A stretch of 64,000 nucleotides of DNA from Octopus vulgaris (GCA_951406725.2 OX597817.1:20336001-20400000), one strand, 5' to 3'; shown: positions 1 through 13,429, numbered from the stretch's first letter. Program-made: numbers and translations. The notes: generated from the letters alone by a model not told the origin.

Positions 1-202
1 TGTTTGATTCCCTGACTGAGCTGTGCATTGGGTTCTTAAGCAAAACAATACATTTCACATTTCTCCAGTACACCTTTTGATCAGGGGAGATTGTTGGTTT
101 GCTTGCTTAGCCAGCGGGTTGATGTTACTTCAAGGTTAAACAATGCAAAACGAATTCTCACATGCGATATGTAACATCTCATAAGCTGGTAAGTCACGTT
201 TG

Positions 203-234
<32 letters not shown>

Positions 235-350
235 TTGTGTGTATGTCATTATTTAGTTTTATATGACGATTTCTTGCCAAGAGAGAGTGGTTTTGGTTTG
301 AGTCAAGTAAACAAGAACGTTTGAAGCTGCGTGAGTAACACGTAAGTTAG

Positions 351-578
351 CTGGAAGATGAGACGCGTCTGGGTCACGCAGTGCAAGAAGCACAGCAGGG
401 TCGGTGGCTGAATTAGGATGATGTCGAAAAGCTGAAGTTGATGTGGTCTGATAGGTGGCGGTTGAGTGAAGGGCATTTGAAAGATCTGATCCAGACTGCG
501 TATGATGTGCATCCATCTCCAGCGAATCTCAAACAATGGGGTATCCTAGAGAGTCCACATTTCCACTTGTGTGGGAAG
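351..578 (+). mobile_element. Fragment of an RLE-type non-LTR retrotransposon (HERO/NeSL-like), region between RT and zinc knuckle
   Basis: Frame from 351 reads LEDETRLGHAVQEAQQGRWLN*DDVEKLKLMWSDRWRLSEGHLKDLIQTAYDVHPSPANLKQWGILESPHFHLCGK. This resembles the QG.W..W..W..YD.LPSP.NL..WG...C.LC motif of HERO-like LINEs. One internal stop. Confidence 0.6.
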
Positions 579-714
579 TATTTGTTTCCGGTATTTTGGC
601 GCTCTATAATGAGGGCATTCGAATCATAACTGCGAATATAATAGACTGAATCACACGTGTGTTTGAGAAAATGTTAAAATCTGGCGTGCGGTTCAGTAAA
701 TTGTATTCAAGACA

Positions 715-793
715 AATTCTACTGAAGAGCTGCAGATATATTATGTAAGTAAAATTGCATATTCCATTAACAGCGAAACAATTGTCTACAATT
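715..793 (+). ncRNA. Type I hammerhead ribozyme motif
   Basis: aattcta-CTGAAGA-GCTG...CAGC-GAAAC-AATT-GTC-tacaatt. Intact core, 4-bp stem II, palindromic AATT loop III, stem I with one mismatch. Predicted cleavage after 786. Confidence 0.75.
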
Positions 794-1220
794 AATCTAC
801 GTTTTTGTTATTTTTTCATTTGTCCTGCTCGTTTACGTTCATAGTTGTGGTAATTCTCCTTGGAAACAATTCTTGGTGGTTCATACCATAGCGGATCTAT
901 CTTTAGCGCAAGAGACGACCACATAGTGGACATTCTCTTATATTTGTTTATTAATTTTAACTGTATCCCTGGTTTTTATGCGCTAAACAACTTCGTGTTA
1001 AATTGATATTATTATTCAATTAATATCCAATTTTTTCACCCTTATTTTTGATTTTAATTATACTTCAGTAAATTGTTTATGCAGTATTTGTTTCGGGAAT
1101 TTTGACGCACTATAACGAGGGCATTCGAATCATAACTGCGAATATAATAGACTGAACCACACGTGTGTTTGACGTTATGTTAAAATCTGGCGTGCGGTTG
1201 AGTAAAATGTTTTCAAGACA

Positions 1221-1299
1221 AATTCTACTGAAGTGCTGCAGATATATTATGTAAGTAAAATTGCATAATCAATTAACAGCGAAACAATTGTCTTGGATT
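1221..1299 (+). ncRNA. Type I hammerhead ribozyme motif, second repeat (core variant CUGAAGU)
   Basis: aattcta-CTGAAGT-GCTG...CAGC-GAAAC-AATT-GTC-ttggatt. A9 is changed to U, so probably impaired. Confidence 0.6.
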
Positions 1300-2709
1300 C
1301 ATCTACATTTTTGTTATTTTTCATTTGTCCTGCTCGTTTACGTTCGTAGTTGTGCTAATTCTGCTTGGAAACAATTCTTAGCGGATCTATTTTTAGCGCA
1401 AGAGTCGACAACATAGTGGAAACTCCCTTATATTTGTGTATATATATATATGTATACACACATATATATGTATATATATATTTCACCAAATCTTACCTTG
1501 TCTAAATTCAATATTTAATTTTAAAAAAAAAGATAATTTGTATAACTGCAAGATGTCATCTTCTGTTGAGTGCCTTAACGAATTTTCATTAGAGGTGTCG
1601 GATTTGCAACATTTTCAACAATTCAGTTGTTGCAAAGTTTTCAGTGATTAGACGTAAGTACATTATTGTGTACAATAATTTTGCTCCTCAAAAATACGCT
1701 CGTAAATATACATTTGAAAAATGGCTGTTAGGAAGATTTAATAAATTTCAACAGAAGTAAAGAAAAATTAAAAACTGGACACTGAAAACAATTTGAATTC
1801 CATTTAAAATGTTGGCCTTTCATTCAATTCCGTCGATGTTTTGTTTATGACATATGTTTTAATATTTGTGTGTTCGCGTCCTGGATTATGTTATTGGACT
1901 GTTATTGGAATTTCACTGTACAGGTTTTGATTATGCAACTCTTATATGAACTTATATGGGTGGGTAAGCGGTTATTTTCGTGTACGTGTGCTTGTATAAA
2001 ACGGTGTTTTATGTACGTAATTTTATTTATGAAATCGTGTTGTTCTATGTATGTTTCCATCGTGTATTCGACATGTCCCGTTCCCATATATCAGTGAATA
2101 CGTACGTATTTTCTATAATTCTGTTTATCATATGAAATGAAGCGCAATGTTTCAAAACAAGTATTTAAATAACACAGCTACTTTGTATGTTAACCTTTTG
2201 CAATGAACTTTGTTTTCACATTTATTACTCGTCATTGCTTTTATCTTTTCATTCAGTTTCCATTGTCTTTGACAAGCATCTATAATTTGACATTTTCTAA
2301 AATTTGTAGAAGACGAATTCATTAAGGCTACCTGCCATTTGCTGCAATCAATCAGTATTTTCCGAATGTGGAACTTGTAAATACAACGCCCACTCAAGGA
2401 AATACACACACAGACTCACACACTCATAAGCACACGCACGTACACAAAAACACGCATGCAACCACACACACATGTATGCTTATTTCACCACGATTCCTCC
2501 CCTTAAATTTACGAATTGTAGCAAATATGAAATGTTTAATGACATTCTGTTTCGTGACAAATGAATTTCATAAACACAGACATACATAAATATGGGCATA
2601 TGCACACACATACTTCCTCCTCTTCCCTCGTTCACAAATATGCTTATATATATGTGTGTGTGTGTGGTTATGTGTGGCACTGTTTGTGCTTCTGTGAGTC
2701 TCTATATCT

Positions 2710-2772
<63 letters not shown>

Positions 2773-4257
2773 TTTATGCAGATGCATATTTCTGTAAAAT
2801 TCATGTCATTAAACAATTTGTATTTCCTATAATTTGTAAATTTAATTGGAGGAATTCTGATGATGTGAAATTGTAGTTTTATAAATTTTGTAGAAATCCT
2901 TCAACTGGAAGATATTAAGAAAATGAAAATTATTTTTAATACTAAACGAAAAAAAGGCCTTTGGTTTGGCATGAATGTTACATTCCATGTGTCTTATTTC
3001 GATTTATTTATCTCACCTCTTTCAAAGTTCGACAGCACAGAGACAGTGAGGTTTTATTCTCTTACTCTTTTATTCTGTATCATGGACATTTGTCTATGTT
3101 ACATGCAACTATTGTGAACATTCCCCCCCACCAAAAAAAAAAAAGAAATGTGTTACTCCGACTTTCATTTACAAAATTTTTACATTCATTACAGTATCAT
3201 GTGTAATGAACTAAGGTTCCTATATATATGTTGAGAAAATATACTGGTTCCAATTAAATTTGCCCACATAAGTAGTAAATAGAACAATTTTTATACCTTT
3301 ACTTTTTTTATATTTACTAACATATTCATACCCACTCCAGAAAATGCAACATCTATATACCAAAAGGAAAAGTACATTCTTTTATATAATGTAGTTTTGT
3401 AACAACGAGTGAAACATAAGATCTGAAGAACTGGCTTTGTACAATGTTTGTAAATCGATAGTTTGAACCTGCACATAATTTTACCAGAAATTTGATAGAA
3501 ATCGTGGCGGCAAACTCTTCATATTAGCCGTGGACGTGAGACAGACTGACTATTGTCATCCAAATTGATACAAATGAATGCAATTCGCTTTCTTTAACTT
3601 ATATTACGCTGTAGTATATCCTCAAGTTGTTTAAAACTTCAGAGTCATTGCATTTGACATAAATTCAAATGTTGAATGGTTTCGATTTAAACCGGACCCA
3701 ACAGAAATACGGCGAATATAATCTGGATATATATTCTGCAGTCAACATAGAATTCTTTTATGTCAGCACTTTCGAATAAACAGCTGAATTGAGATACTTA
3801 TATTACTAAAGACTTTGTATGATATACAGATTTTTGCCTCCGGAATGAAAAGTTATCTGTGTTTCAAATGTAAGTTAAAGAGTATAGGCTATACTGATGG
3901 AAGAAACGAAGTCATCATTCATATTTCGCCGGTAGCAAAAATAATCTTTTTACAATATTGCAACGGAATTTCTACACAAAATTGATAAATGTATCAATGC
4001 TATCTAGTCCATTATTTTATTAAAGTAACGTTGGTACAAGCAGTTCATTTCAACAAGGCATATTTTAGGCCATGACTACGGTCTGCATGTTCGCTATGTA
4101 TCGCATATCACACACAGATACACACACATAAAATTTTAAGTCATTTTTCTTAACATGAAACCAATGGTAGCCTTAATACATTATTAAATTATTTATCCAC
4201 GAATGCAACATTGAGCATTGATTGACACTGTTCGACATTTACGTGTATATTATATAT

Positions 4258-4333
<76 letters not shown>

Positions 4334-4398
4334 ATAGGCATACACGTCCATACGTATACAAACGATGCACGTAAACAAATGAAACCACTTGGGCTAAT

Positions 4399-5472
4399 TA
4401 TATTGGGTTGGCAAGAAAGAAAGACAGAGTTCAGAAGTTTTTTAATGAGTTCTGTCAATGGTATGACTTTTTTCCTGTTGGCAGTTGTTAACTGTTACAT
4501 TTTAGCTTACTTTAGAAGCAAATTGGCCGTAATTTTGTTTACAGCTTTTAGTCCAGTGTCAACTTTAACATAGAGTGCGAAAAAATATTTTTGCCAAATT
4601 TTGGTTTTTTATATCCGTAAAGAGAAGAAAGCTGCTGAAGCTCGGAAAGACATATGTGAAGTTTATGGTGTTAATTGCTTAAAAAGAACGCACATGTCAA
4701 AAATGGTTAAAAAGACTCCGTTCTGGAAATTTTTCACTCAAGGATGACCAGTGTTGTGGTCAAACTACTGAAGTTGATGATGACCTAATCAAAACCATAA
4801 TTGAATCTGATTCTCATATAACTGTGTGCGGGATTGCTCGATATTTGGTTTCCACATAAATTGAAAGAGATTAATTAAACACAACGTATTAATATTTGCG
4901 ATATGCATCTCAAACACAATGAAGTCAGCATTTATTTTCAACGAATCCTCACTGGTGATGACAAATGGATTGTCTACAATAACATCAATCGAAAACGGTC
5001 ATGGTCCGAGCGTAATGAGCAAGCAGAAACCGCATCGAAGGGCGAATTGCAAAAAAAAAAATAGTCATGCTAACAGTTTGTTTACTGTCAACTATTAATG
5101 AAACTGGAGGAAGCATTCGAAGGAAAACGGCCAGAATTGGAAAATCGTAAAAGAATCTTGAACCACCAAGGCAACGCTAGCCCACACACGTTTTGCTAAC
5201 TCGTGAAAAATTATTGGAACTTGGTTAGGAAGTGATGTTACATCCACCATATAGCCCTGACCTTCCACCATCAGATTACCATTTATTTCGTTTGCAAAAT
5301 TCTTTGAATGGTTAAACTTTCAATAATGATGGTGACCTGAAATTGAACTTGCTTTGGTTTTTGACTGATAAGAATCAGAAGTTCTATGAGCCAGAAAGAT
5401 GGCAAAAGATCATCGAACAAAATGGAAAATATATAAAATAAAATTGACTTTTATTTCACACTAAAAACCCGT
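4399..5472 (+). mobile_element. Degenerate mariner (DD34D-type) transposon
   Basis: Begins ta-ttgggttggcaag (TIR-like). Broken translation gives KAAEARKDICEVYG, ILTGDDKWIVYNN, LHPPYSPDLPPSDYHLF and PERWQKIIEQNG. Many frameshifts, and the 3' TIR is largely missing. Confidence 0.9.
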
Positions 5473-6768
5473 TATGCATAAATATCTACATGTAGAATGA
5501 ATCTACTGAGAGGATGAACATTCATCTTTAAATACATATATATTTCGGTATTAATAGATCAGACTAAAAAGACAATGAAAATTAATGGAAACATATTTAG
5601 TGTTACGGGTCCGACAGCTGTCTCTGATGGCTCGATATTACTTCTTAATTTTGGAAGATGCAGTTGGCAAAAACTCAAGGGTATGCGATATGTAAAAGAC
5701 GCATATAAACATAACGTAAATCCATCTTCATCCTTCCGTGTGGAGGGATAAGTTGAGAAATTTCTTCTGAAATTTACATTAATACGATCTGCAAGTATAC
5801 GTGGATGGTTTTATATTTTCCTAATGTAAATCCATTATTAACTTTACGTATAGTGACATTATAGTTTTACTTCTTCTTGTATGCAACCAAGATCAAAGAT
5901 GATCAAGCATTCCAACCGTGACGTTTTCATCTTCCGGGTCTAGTTAATGGACATGTACCAACATCACGCTCCGTATCCTATTTTTTTCTAAAGGGAAAAA
6001 TATTATGAGATCAGTATTTGCCAAATTCGTTGGCATGGCTTTGGACCCTCTAGTGTTTGCATGCTTTTGGAAGCACTAGTGTTTGCAAATTTTAGAAGCA
6101 CCATTGTTTTTTTTTATCGAATTTAAAACCAATCTATACTAGTTTGCGAGTTGTAATTATTCATTTATAATTTAAAATACTGCCCTGTTTCTTTAAATAT
6201 ATCTATAAATGCCCATTTATTTATGTGGTGCCGCTTAACAATTATGAATGTATATTACTGTAATATTTATTGTACATATAGAAGTCAATACAATTTATAT
6301 TTCTGTTCCATGGAGGCTACAAATTTATACGTGTGCCAATCATTTCTGTGTTTCTTCCGACAGAATGAATAAACTGATATAACGATACTCGTCTATATTG
6401 TTATGTTAATAAAATTCTAGTTTAAAGTATTGTTACTGATAGTACAGTGGTCACAAATAATTATAAACTAATGGCAAAAATAAGCTCACGTAGACACTCA
6501 CATATAGACGCACACTCAAGGATGCTACCCACTCTTGCTTTTCACTACTGGTGGACAAATTAAGATTCATGCACACACGACCATCCAACCATCGAAACAT
6601 AGTGAACCTAGGCTTTATGAAAATGGATATGCCTTATATAGAAACACAGATATGCATAGGTATACATGAATATATCTATATATATTTTACATGTGTGTAT
6701 ACACAAAGAGATACACATAAATGTATATTTCTTAATTCTTACGTCAGTCGTACGAGATAATATACATA

Positions 6769-7651
6769 TATTGGGTCATCCCATAAATAATGCATTATTT
6801 CAAAAGTCGGAGGAGTACGGGATAAACTATCTGCATCAACTTACTATAAAAGCAGGTAGTAATTTAAAATTTTGTTTATTCTTACTGCAAGTTTTGAAGA
6901 GTGTAGTTCAAATTTAACAGTTATGTTTTTAAAGCTATAATGGAAATAGCAAAGGGGAATACTCGGCATATTTTGCTTTATGAGTTCAATAAAGGCAACA
7001 AGTGCGACGATTATTAATACAGTATATGGGGATCGGACAAGAAGCATAAACCAATGTCAACGGTGATTCCAGAAATTCCGAGCCGGAAACTACAGCCAAT
7101 AAAAACAAGCCTCGTCCTAAATATCTCTAGAGCCCGACGAGGACGTTCTACAAACCCTAATGGGACAAACTTCCTTCGTAACTGTTGAGGAACTAGCAGA
7201 GAAATTTGCATTTGGTCATTCAACCTTTCATCAGAAAACAACCATCTTTGGTTTCAAGACGAAAGGTGTTCTTCCATCAGGATAATGATCGGCCACATGC
7301 AGCAAAAATGACATTCCAAAGGCTGGAGCAGTTTCAATTGGACACAATGCCCCACCCATCATATTCGCCGGACATTGCCACTTCTGATTATCATTTATAC
7401 ATCAGTCTTCAAACTAATTTGGGCGGAAAAATATGAATCCTGGAGGCGAGGTGAGAACAGTACTGAAGGTGTATGTTTGTCACGGACCAGTGAGTTTCGG
7501 AAGAGAGGTCTTATAAGTCTGCCAGATGGATGAAAGATCATTGTAGAAAATAAAGGAGAGTATATTTTAGATTAAAAGTGAACTTTGTTTATCTTAATTT
7601 TCAGAAATAAGAAAGTATAAAAAACCGCATTATTCATGGGATGACCCGACA
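6769..7651 (+). mobile_element. Internally deleted mariner element with both TIRs and TA flanks
   Basis: TIRs tattgggtcatcccataaataatgc and gcattattcatgggatgacccgaca, flanked by TA. Encodes FHQDNDRPHAA...PHPSYSPDIATSDYHL. Confidence 0.92.
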
Positions 7652-7654
7652 TAA

Positions 7655-7715
<61 letters not shown>

Positions 7716-7799
7716 ATTCGAGACAAAACCACTATTTTAAAACCAAACAAGGAAAGACTTAATCAATACATAAAATTTTAATATAAATTAAATAAACCG

Positions 7800-7843
7800 C
7801 CACTACAAATGTTTCATGTCTGCTACCGACAATCTTCAGGTGG
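7800..7843 (-). ncRNA. Compact type I hammerhead ribozyme motif (left arm of palindrome)
   Basis: Minus strand reads CCAC-CTGAAGA-t-TGTC-ggtagca-GACA-t-GAAAC-attt-GTA-GTGG. Stem I is CCAC/GTGG. The first position of stem II is a non-canonical U-U. Confidence 0.7.
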
Positions 7844-7899
7844 ATTTTCGATCTTCTAATCAGTATCAAATTTTGATACTGATTAGAAGATCAAAAAAT

Positions 7900-7943
7900 C
7901 CACCTGAAGATTGTCGGTAGCAAACATGAAACATTTGTAGTGG
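7900..7943 (+). ncRNA. Compact type I hammerhead ribozyme motif (right arm, stem II mutated)
   Basis: CCAC-CTGAAGA-tTGTC-ggtagca-AACAt-GAAAC-attt-GTA-GTGG. G>A at 7923 breaks one stem II pair. Confidence 0.6.
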
Positions 7944-8114
7944 CGGTTTATTTAATTTATATTAAAATTTTATGTATTGATTAAGTCTTTCCTTGTTTGG
8001 TTTTAAAATAGTGGTTTTGTCTCGAATTATATTATATAATATTTTACTATAAAATTGGATTTAACCCTAAATCTGATTTTTCCCTGTAATTTTGGATTCA
8101 TTCCCTAATATTTA

Positions 8115-8179
<65 letters not shown>

Positions 8180-9355
8180 ATGTGTACTGCACCCATGCTA
8201 GGGTTACGCATTGATGAACTTTGTTAGAACAAATATTTTAAGTCTGCGTTCTTTGTTCGAACTGCAGAGTTTCAGGGAAATCAACGCCATTCGCAAGCAC
8301 AGGAAAATCGGCTGTTAAGCGGTGTTGGGAGTCGAACACAAAGACTTAAAACATAGAGACGCACACACGCACGCACGCACGCACGCACGTACATAACACA
8401 CACACATATACAGACCAAAACTAAGACTCAAACACAGAAAGAAAGTCACACGCACGCACATAGCACACACACACACACAAACCGAAGGACAAAGAGGCAG
8501 ACATACGCACGCGCGTGCACATACACGCAAACACAAAGACTCAAAAACACAGATACAGGCGCATGCACTATCATACACACAAACATAGACGAATATATAA
8601 AAATATATCTACGACAAGGTATAATATGGTTTTAGGTGATACCAATGTTTCGTGTTTTAAAATATCGACTCGTACGTCCATGTTTGCTTCTTAGAGTGCT
8701 CAGATTTTAACAAGGAATAGTAGATGAATGTTAACTCTTAATGTGTTTTTTTCTTTTCCTGTTGTGTTTCCAGTGTTAGACGCCAAAATATTTTGTTGAA
8801 TTCTATTACAACGTGTACAATATCAACTAATTTTCACTTTCTTAATTGTCTTTCAGTTTCTCGTTTAATGTACGTTCGTTGGGCCGTGTATTCTAAATTT
8901 CAGCATTCAAGAATGCGCAAGAACTAAATTGTTGAAAACATTCTCAAATTTAATACTACTTACGTGAATTGTTTTTTTCATATCTTACAACATTTAATTG
9001 ATATCAGTAAGTGGGATTCTGATGCATTTGTAAAATACCTTATCGTGAGTTTTAGTTTAGGTATAACATCTGCCTATATAATTCACATTCTATGATATTT
9101 TTTCAAGGAACGTGTAATGTCATTTGAACAGGTACAATGGAATAGAATAATACAAAATTTTTCTCCGAATATTAGAGAAATGGTTGCAGAATACTAATTA
9201 TACATTGCTTCTCTGTAAATTCGATGCGTCACATAACAATGCATGAAATCAGTCTTCTCTGATATAATGAGATATAAATTTTGACGCATAACAAAACATC
9301 TAGTATGTTGAATATATTTAATACACTCACATACACACGGATATATATATATATA

Positions 9356-10186
9356 CCTGGTGCGGTGGATAAAAAGTCGTCTAAATTAGGCAAAAATGAA
9401 AATATCACTGAATATCACTTTAACAGATATATTTACCAAAATTACATAAAAAAATACCTTGCAATACTAAAGAGTAAATTTATTCAATAAAACTTCGGAA
9501 TCCCCTGCAACTCTTTCTGGATGTTATCCTTGTATAAGATGGTGAATGCTTCCATGATCCTTGCGTTCAGTTCATCCTTTGAATTTTGTTGGCCTCCCGC
9601 TCAATTACGCCCCACGCATATTAAGCAAGGGTTGCAGTCTGGGGAGTTAGGTCGCTAGATGTTAGGAATGATGTAGTCGCAGAAATCTTCTGATGGCCAT
9701 GACTCTGATCTACTGCTTATGTGTCCTTATCCAGAGTCCCGTTGCCAGACAGAGGTTCTTCCAGGAGCTACCCTCTTTGCCCAGGGCAGCACTCCCTCCT
9801 CCAGGCACTTGATGTAGGCTTCCGTATTCAGGCGGTGTGGGAGAATGAATGGAGGTATAAAGTTGCCACCATTATTGATCCCTCCAAATGCCATAATGTT
9901 GACTGGATGTTTTATTTTCATCACTCTCGGTACATGTCCTGAGATTGCTCTGTCCTAAGATTGACGCCTAAACATTCTTCGTGTTGGAGCTTTCAACGCG
10001 AATGCCAAGCAGTAAAAAGTGTCGTTTCTAAATTTCTCGCCGAGTGAATTTCGTCATGGTGCTCTTTACCTCATAGATGGTGCCCAACCGACGCTACAAT
10101 ACTGTATATCGACAGAATCAAGAACAAACAATGCGCATGTGTGAAGCTAAAATTTATAATGGCGACAATTTACTCATCGCACCTTG
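9356..10186 (-). mobile_element. Internally deleted Tc1/mariner-superfamily element (maT/DD37D-like)
   Basis: Imperfect TIRs ta-cctggtgcggtggataaaaagtcg and cgacaatttactcatcgcaccttg-ta. Minus-strand peptides KHPVNIMAFGGI, YIKCLEEGVLPW, VWQRDSG and PNSPDCNP. Confidence 0.85.
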
Positions 10187-10727
10187 TATATATCTCTTAT
10201 ATGAAATAGACCTGTATGAATCTATTCGCTTTTCAAGCCAAAACGGCAGCGCGAATTGCTTCCATAATCGGGATGCATGAATAATTTTACCTCGGATACT
10301 TAAGAGGGTCTTCTGCTCAGTTTTTTTTTATTAAACACAAATAGCATTGCTTTATAGTTATGATTCAGATCTATAAAAAGGTTTCTCAATGATAACTTCC
10401 TGTATTGACATAGCAACGGCGGAATTTTCTGTTTTCATTTCAAATTGCCTCATTCTCTATTTTAATGTTTTCATTTCAAGTTTTAATTGGTTCTTTGCAA
10501 ACAAATACAATAAATTACTGAAAGAAATATTTAGTAAGTTCATAAATTTATTCAGTACAAGTTAGTTTTTAATGGGCTTTTATTTATACGATTTTTTCAT
10601 TTCATATTTCATTCTTTCATTGTTTGCCATGTTTTGTCTCTCTCTACACACACACTCTCTCTCTCAATCTAATAGATTGTTTTGTGATGTTTACGTATAT
10701 ACATAAATACATATGAATGCATCCTTT

Positions 10728-11150
10728 TGGAGTATCTCTGTGGTAAGTAACTTGCTAACGAACCACATGATCTCGGGTTCAGTCCCACTGCGTGAAACCT
10801 TGGGAAAGTATCTTCTACTATAGCCTCGAGCCGACCAAAGCCTTTAGAGTGGATTTGGTAGACGAAAAGTGAAAGAAGCCCATCGTATATATGTATATAT
10901 ATATATATATGTGTGTGTGTATATGTGTGTGTGTCTGTATGTGTATGTATGTTTGTGTGTCTGTGTTTGTCCCTTCAACATCGCTTGACAACTGATGCTG
11001 GTATGTTTACGTCCCCGTAACTTAGTGGTTCAACCAAAGAGATCGATAGAATAAGTACTAGACTTTCAGAGAATAAATCCAGGGGTCGATTTGGTCGACT
11101 AAAGCCGCAGTCAAATGACTGAAACAAGTAAAAGAGTAAAAGAATAAAGG
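10728..11150 (+). mobile_element. tRNA-derived octopus-type SINE with internal (TA)/(TG) microsatellite
   Basis: A-box-like gtggtaag, B-box-like gggttcagtccc, ggggtcgat core shared with other SINEs in the window, and tail gcagtcaaatgactgaaacaagt(aaaagagt)n. Confidence 0.8.
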
Positions 11151-11484
11151 ATTATATGTGCGCGTGTGTATGTATGAGACAGAGAGAGAGAGAGAGAGGG
11201 AGAGAGACCGAGAGAGTAAGTGACGTCTAAGTGGCACTCTCATTCTTTCTCTCTCTCTCTCTCTTACGCACACACAAGCACACATACGATGTAGATAGAA
11301 CAAACAAGTCATTGTGGTGGTCTTGTAGTGTTATTACCTGAGCAACCCTGAAGATGAAAATGGTGCTCATATTAGTGGACACCGACAACGTATGTATGAT
11401 TAATGGAGAGAAAGAGGATTGTTCAACTCACGGAACAGAGATTATGTCATAAATCAACATCATCATCATCATCATAATCACCAC

Positions 11485-11511
11485 CATTATTATTATTAAT
11501 ATTCTTCTTCC

Positions 11512-11602
<91 letters not shown>

Positions 11603-11618
11603 TTATTATTATTGTATT
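11485..11618. repeat. (TAT)n microsatellite (second copy at ~38147-38277)
   Basis: Seen directly. Confidence 0.95.
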
Positions 11619-11961
11619 ATGAATTCAGAATTGATTTCCCAATTGAAGAACAAATTGAAATTAGAATAAATTTCTATACAAATATTTTCCATTTTTCTTT
11701 CCAATATATAAGGAACAATTTCATTTCCGGGAATGCTGAAAGACTCTGTTAGATTTAAGATTGCTTCTTTCTCCTTTTTTGAGATCAGCGACACTTTGTC
11801 ACTGGTAAAAAGCATATAGCATTTTGCGTTGGGAATGAGTTCTCATTGCTAGCTGGTGATTATCAAACTGTAATGACGAGATGTTACTCAGAAACCCGGG
11901 TCTGTGTGTATCACGTAATGCTAGAGATGACAGCAATGACCTACACACACACACACGCGCG

Positions 11962-12008
<47 letters not shown>

Positions 12009-12259
12009 GTGTGCTTGTGGGTGTATTTATGTACAGAAACATAGTCAAACGTATATATACTCACACACACACATATTTACACAAGAGTGTGTACTGTATA
12101 GTTCATAGGCTGGTTATAAAAGAATAATGCTGAAGCTGTGAAATCTTGCATATTGTAATTTCATCTCCTTTTATTAATACATGCATTGTTCCCTCCCACG
12201 TAAACTGATATCTGAGAGCCCAAACAAGACTTCGGAAGAAACTAGCAGCTATTGCCCAT

Positions 12260-12670
12260 TAAAATAATTTGGCATCGTGGTGATATCATGTATCTGAAGA
12301 AAAACGTTTTTAGCTTCCAAGAAGACTCATGCTTATATTGTTTATACACTATGGGATAAGTGCAAATGTGGACACATGATTTTAGAAGAAAAGAGCGTCT
12401 TGAAAATGACCCAGAGTGTGAAGGTCCTAAAAGCTACCACCACTAAGTAAAAACATTAATTCTGTTTTGTATATGGTGATGAATGACTGGTACTTTGCTA
12501 TAACTCAAATATCCAACGTTATCAACATATCCCGCGAGAGTTGAGAATATTATGCACCATGAAATTGACATAACGAAGGCTTCTTCTCGGTGGGAGCCAC
12601 GTCGTCTGATACCTGATCAAAAGCACACCTGGTAGATCACATCACAGAAAAAACAGATCCAACTGGTTTC
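12260..12670 (+). mobile_element. Mariner transposase 5' fragment (second copy at ~38922-39332)
   Basis: Degenerate peptides IWHRGDIMYLKK, LENDP and NVINISRERVENIMHHEIDITKASSRWEPRRLIPDQK (WVPR.L motif). Confidence 0.7.
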
Positions 12671-12693
12671 CGTGTAGATATAAATATACATAC

Positions 12694-12732
<39 letters not shown>

Positions 12733-13429
12733 CGCGCGTATGTGTAGTAAAAATGCTCGTTGGAAACCTTTCCCCCACGTGGTGACTTGTAGAAAATGTT
12801 GAAATAGCATCATGAAAATTGTACAGAATATATATATTTTCTATGAGAGTCACTGGTTTCCCTTTTGCTAATCATGACTAAGAAATTAGTGAGATAAAGC
12901 TTTCAGTCCCTGTTAGTAGCAAGACAGTTGTTTCGTAAATAGACCAGTAGGTAAATAAATCTCGTGGGATGTATTTTTTCTTTTTAGGGAGGTACGCTAC
13001 ACAGAGCACGCATAAACACTTAAAAAAGCGCGTACACAGACATGTATATATATATGACACACACATGCACGCACATACAAGGTGTCTGTGTGTGTTTGCA
13101 AATGTTACTGTATAACTCACTATAAACTCCTCGTGTGTGAAAGTCGGAGATTTTGTGGAGCATATTCGTGTATGTATATATGTCATTGGTCCGTGGTACA
13201 GACGCCTGTGCATCTAGTAACTCTTCGAATTATCTCTCGTCATACAGTATTTATGTTTTTATGTTTTTTTTTGTTCAATTCCATACTTACCTTCATAGGA
13301 AAACGTCAACAAATTTTGTTCCTACGTAAGAGTATTTTCCTTGCGCCGCTTTCTCTCTAAATTAATATTTGTTGTGGATAATTGCTGTTTTCCTTACGTT
13401 CAAATAAGTCCATCAAGTGGAACTTAAGG

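Larger units (their letters stand above)
605..1435 (+). repeat. Diverged direct repeat (~330 bp arms at ~605-941 and ~1111-1435, period 506 bp), PLE pLTR or retrozyme-like
   Basis: gagggcattcgaatcataactgcgaatataatagactgaa recurs at 611 and 1117. Each arm contains a hammerhead motif. Confidence 0.85.
7705..8038. repeat. Near-perfect ~334-bp palindrome (fold-back of a PLE-like terminal repeat)
   Basis: Arms are reverse complements around 7871 (cagtatcaaa-t-tttgatactg) with only about 3 differences. Confidence 0.95.

Noticed and set aside
5606-5738. Possible minus-strand hammerhead (ATGAAGA...GAGAC-AGCT-GTC)
   Set aside because: Both core boxes are mutated and stem I does not pair. It may be a PLE relic but cannot be supported.
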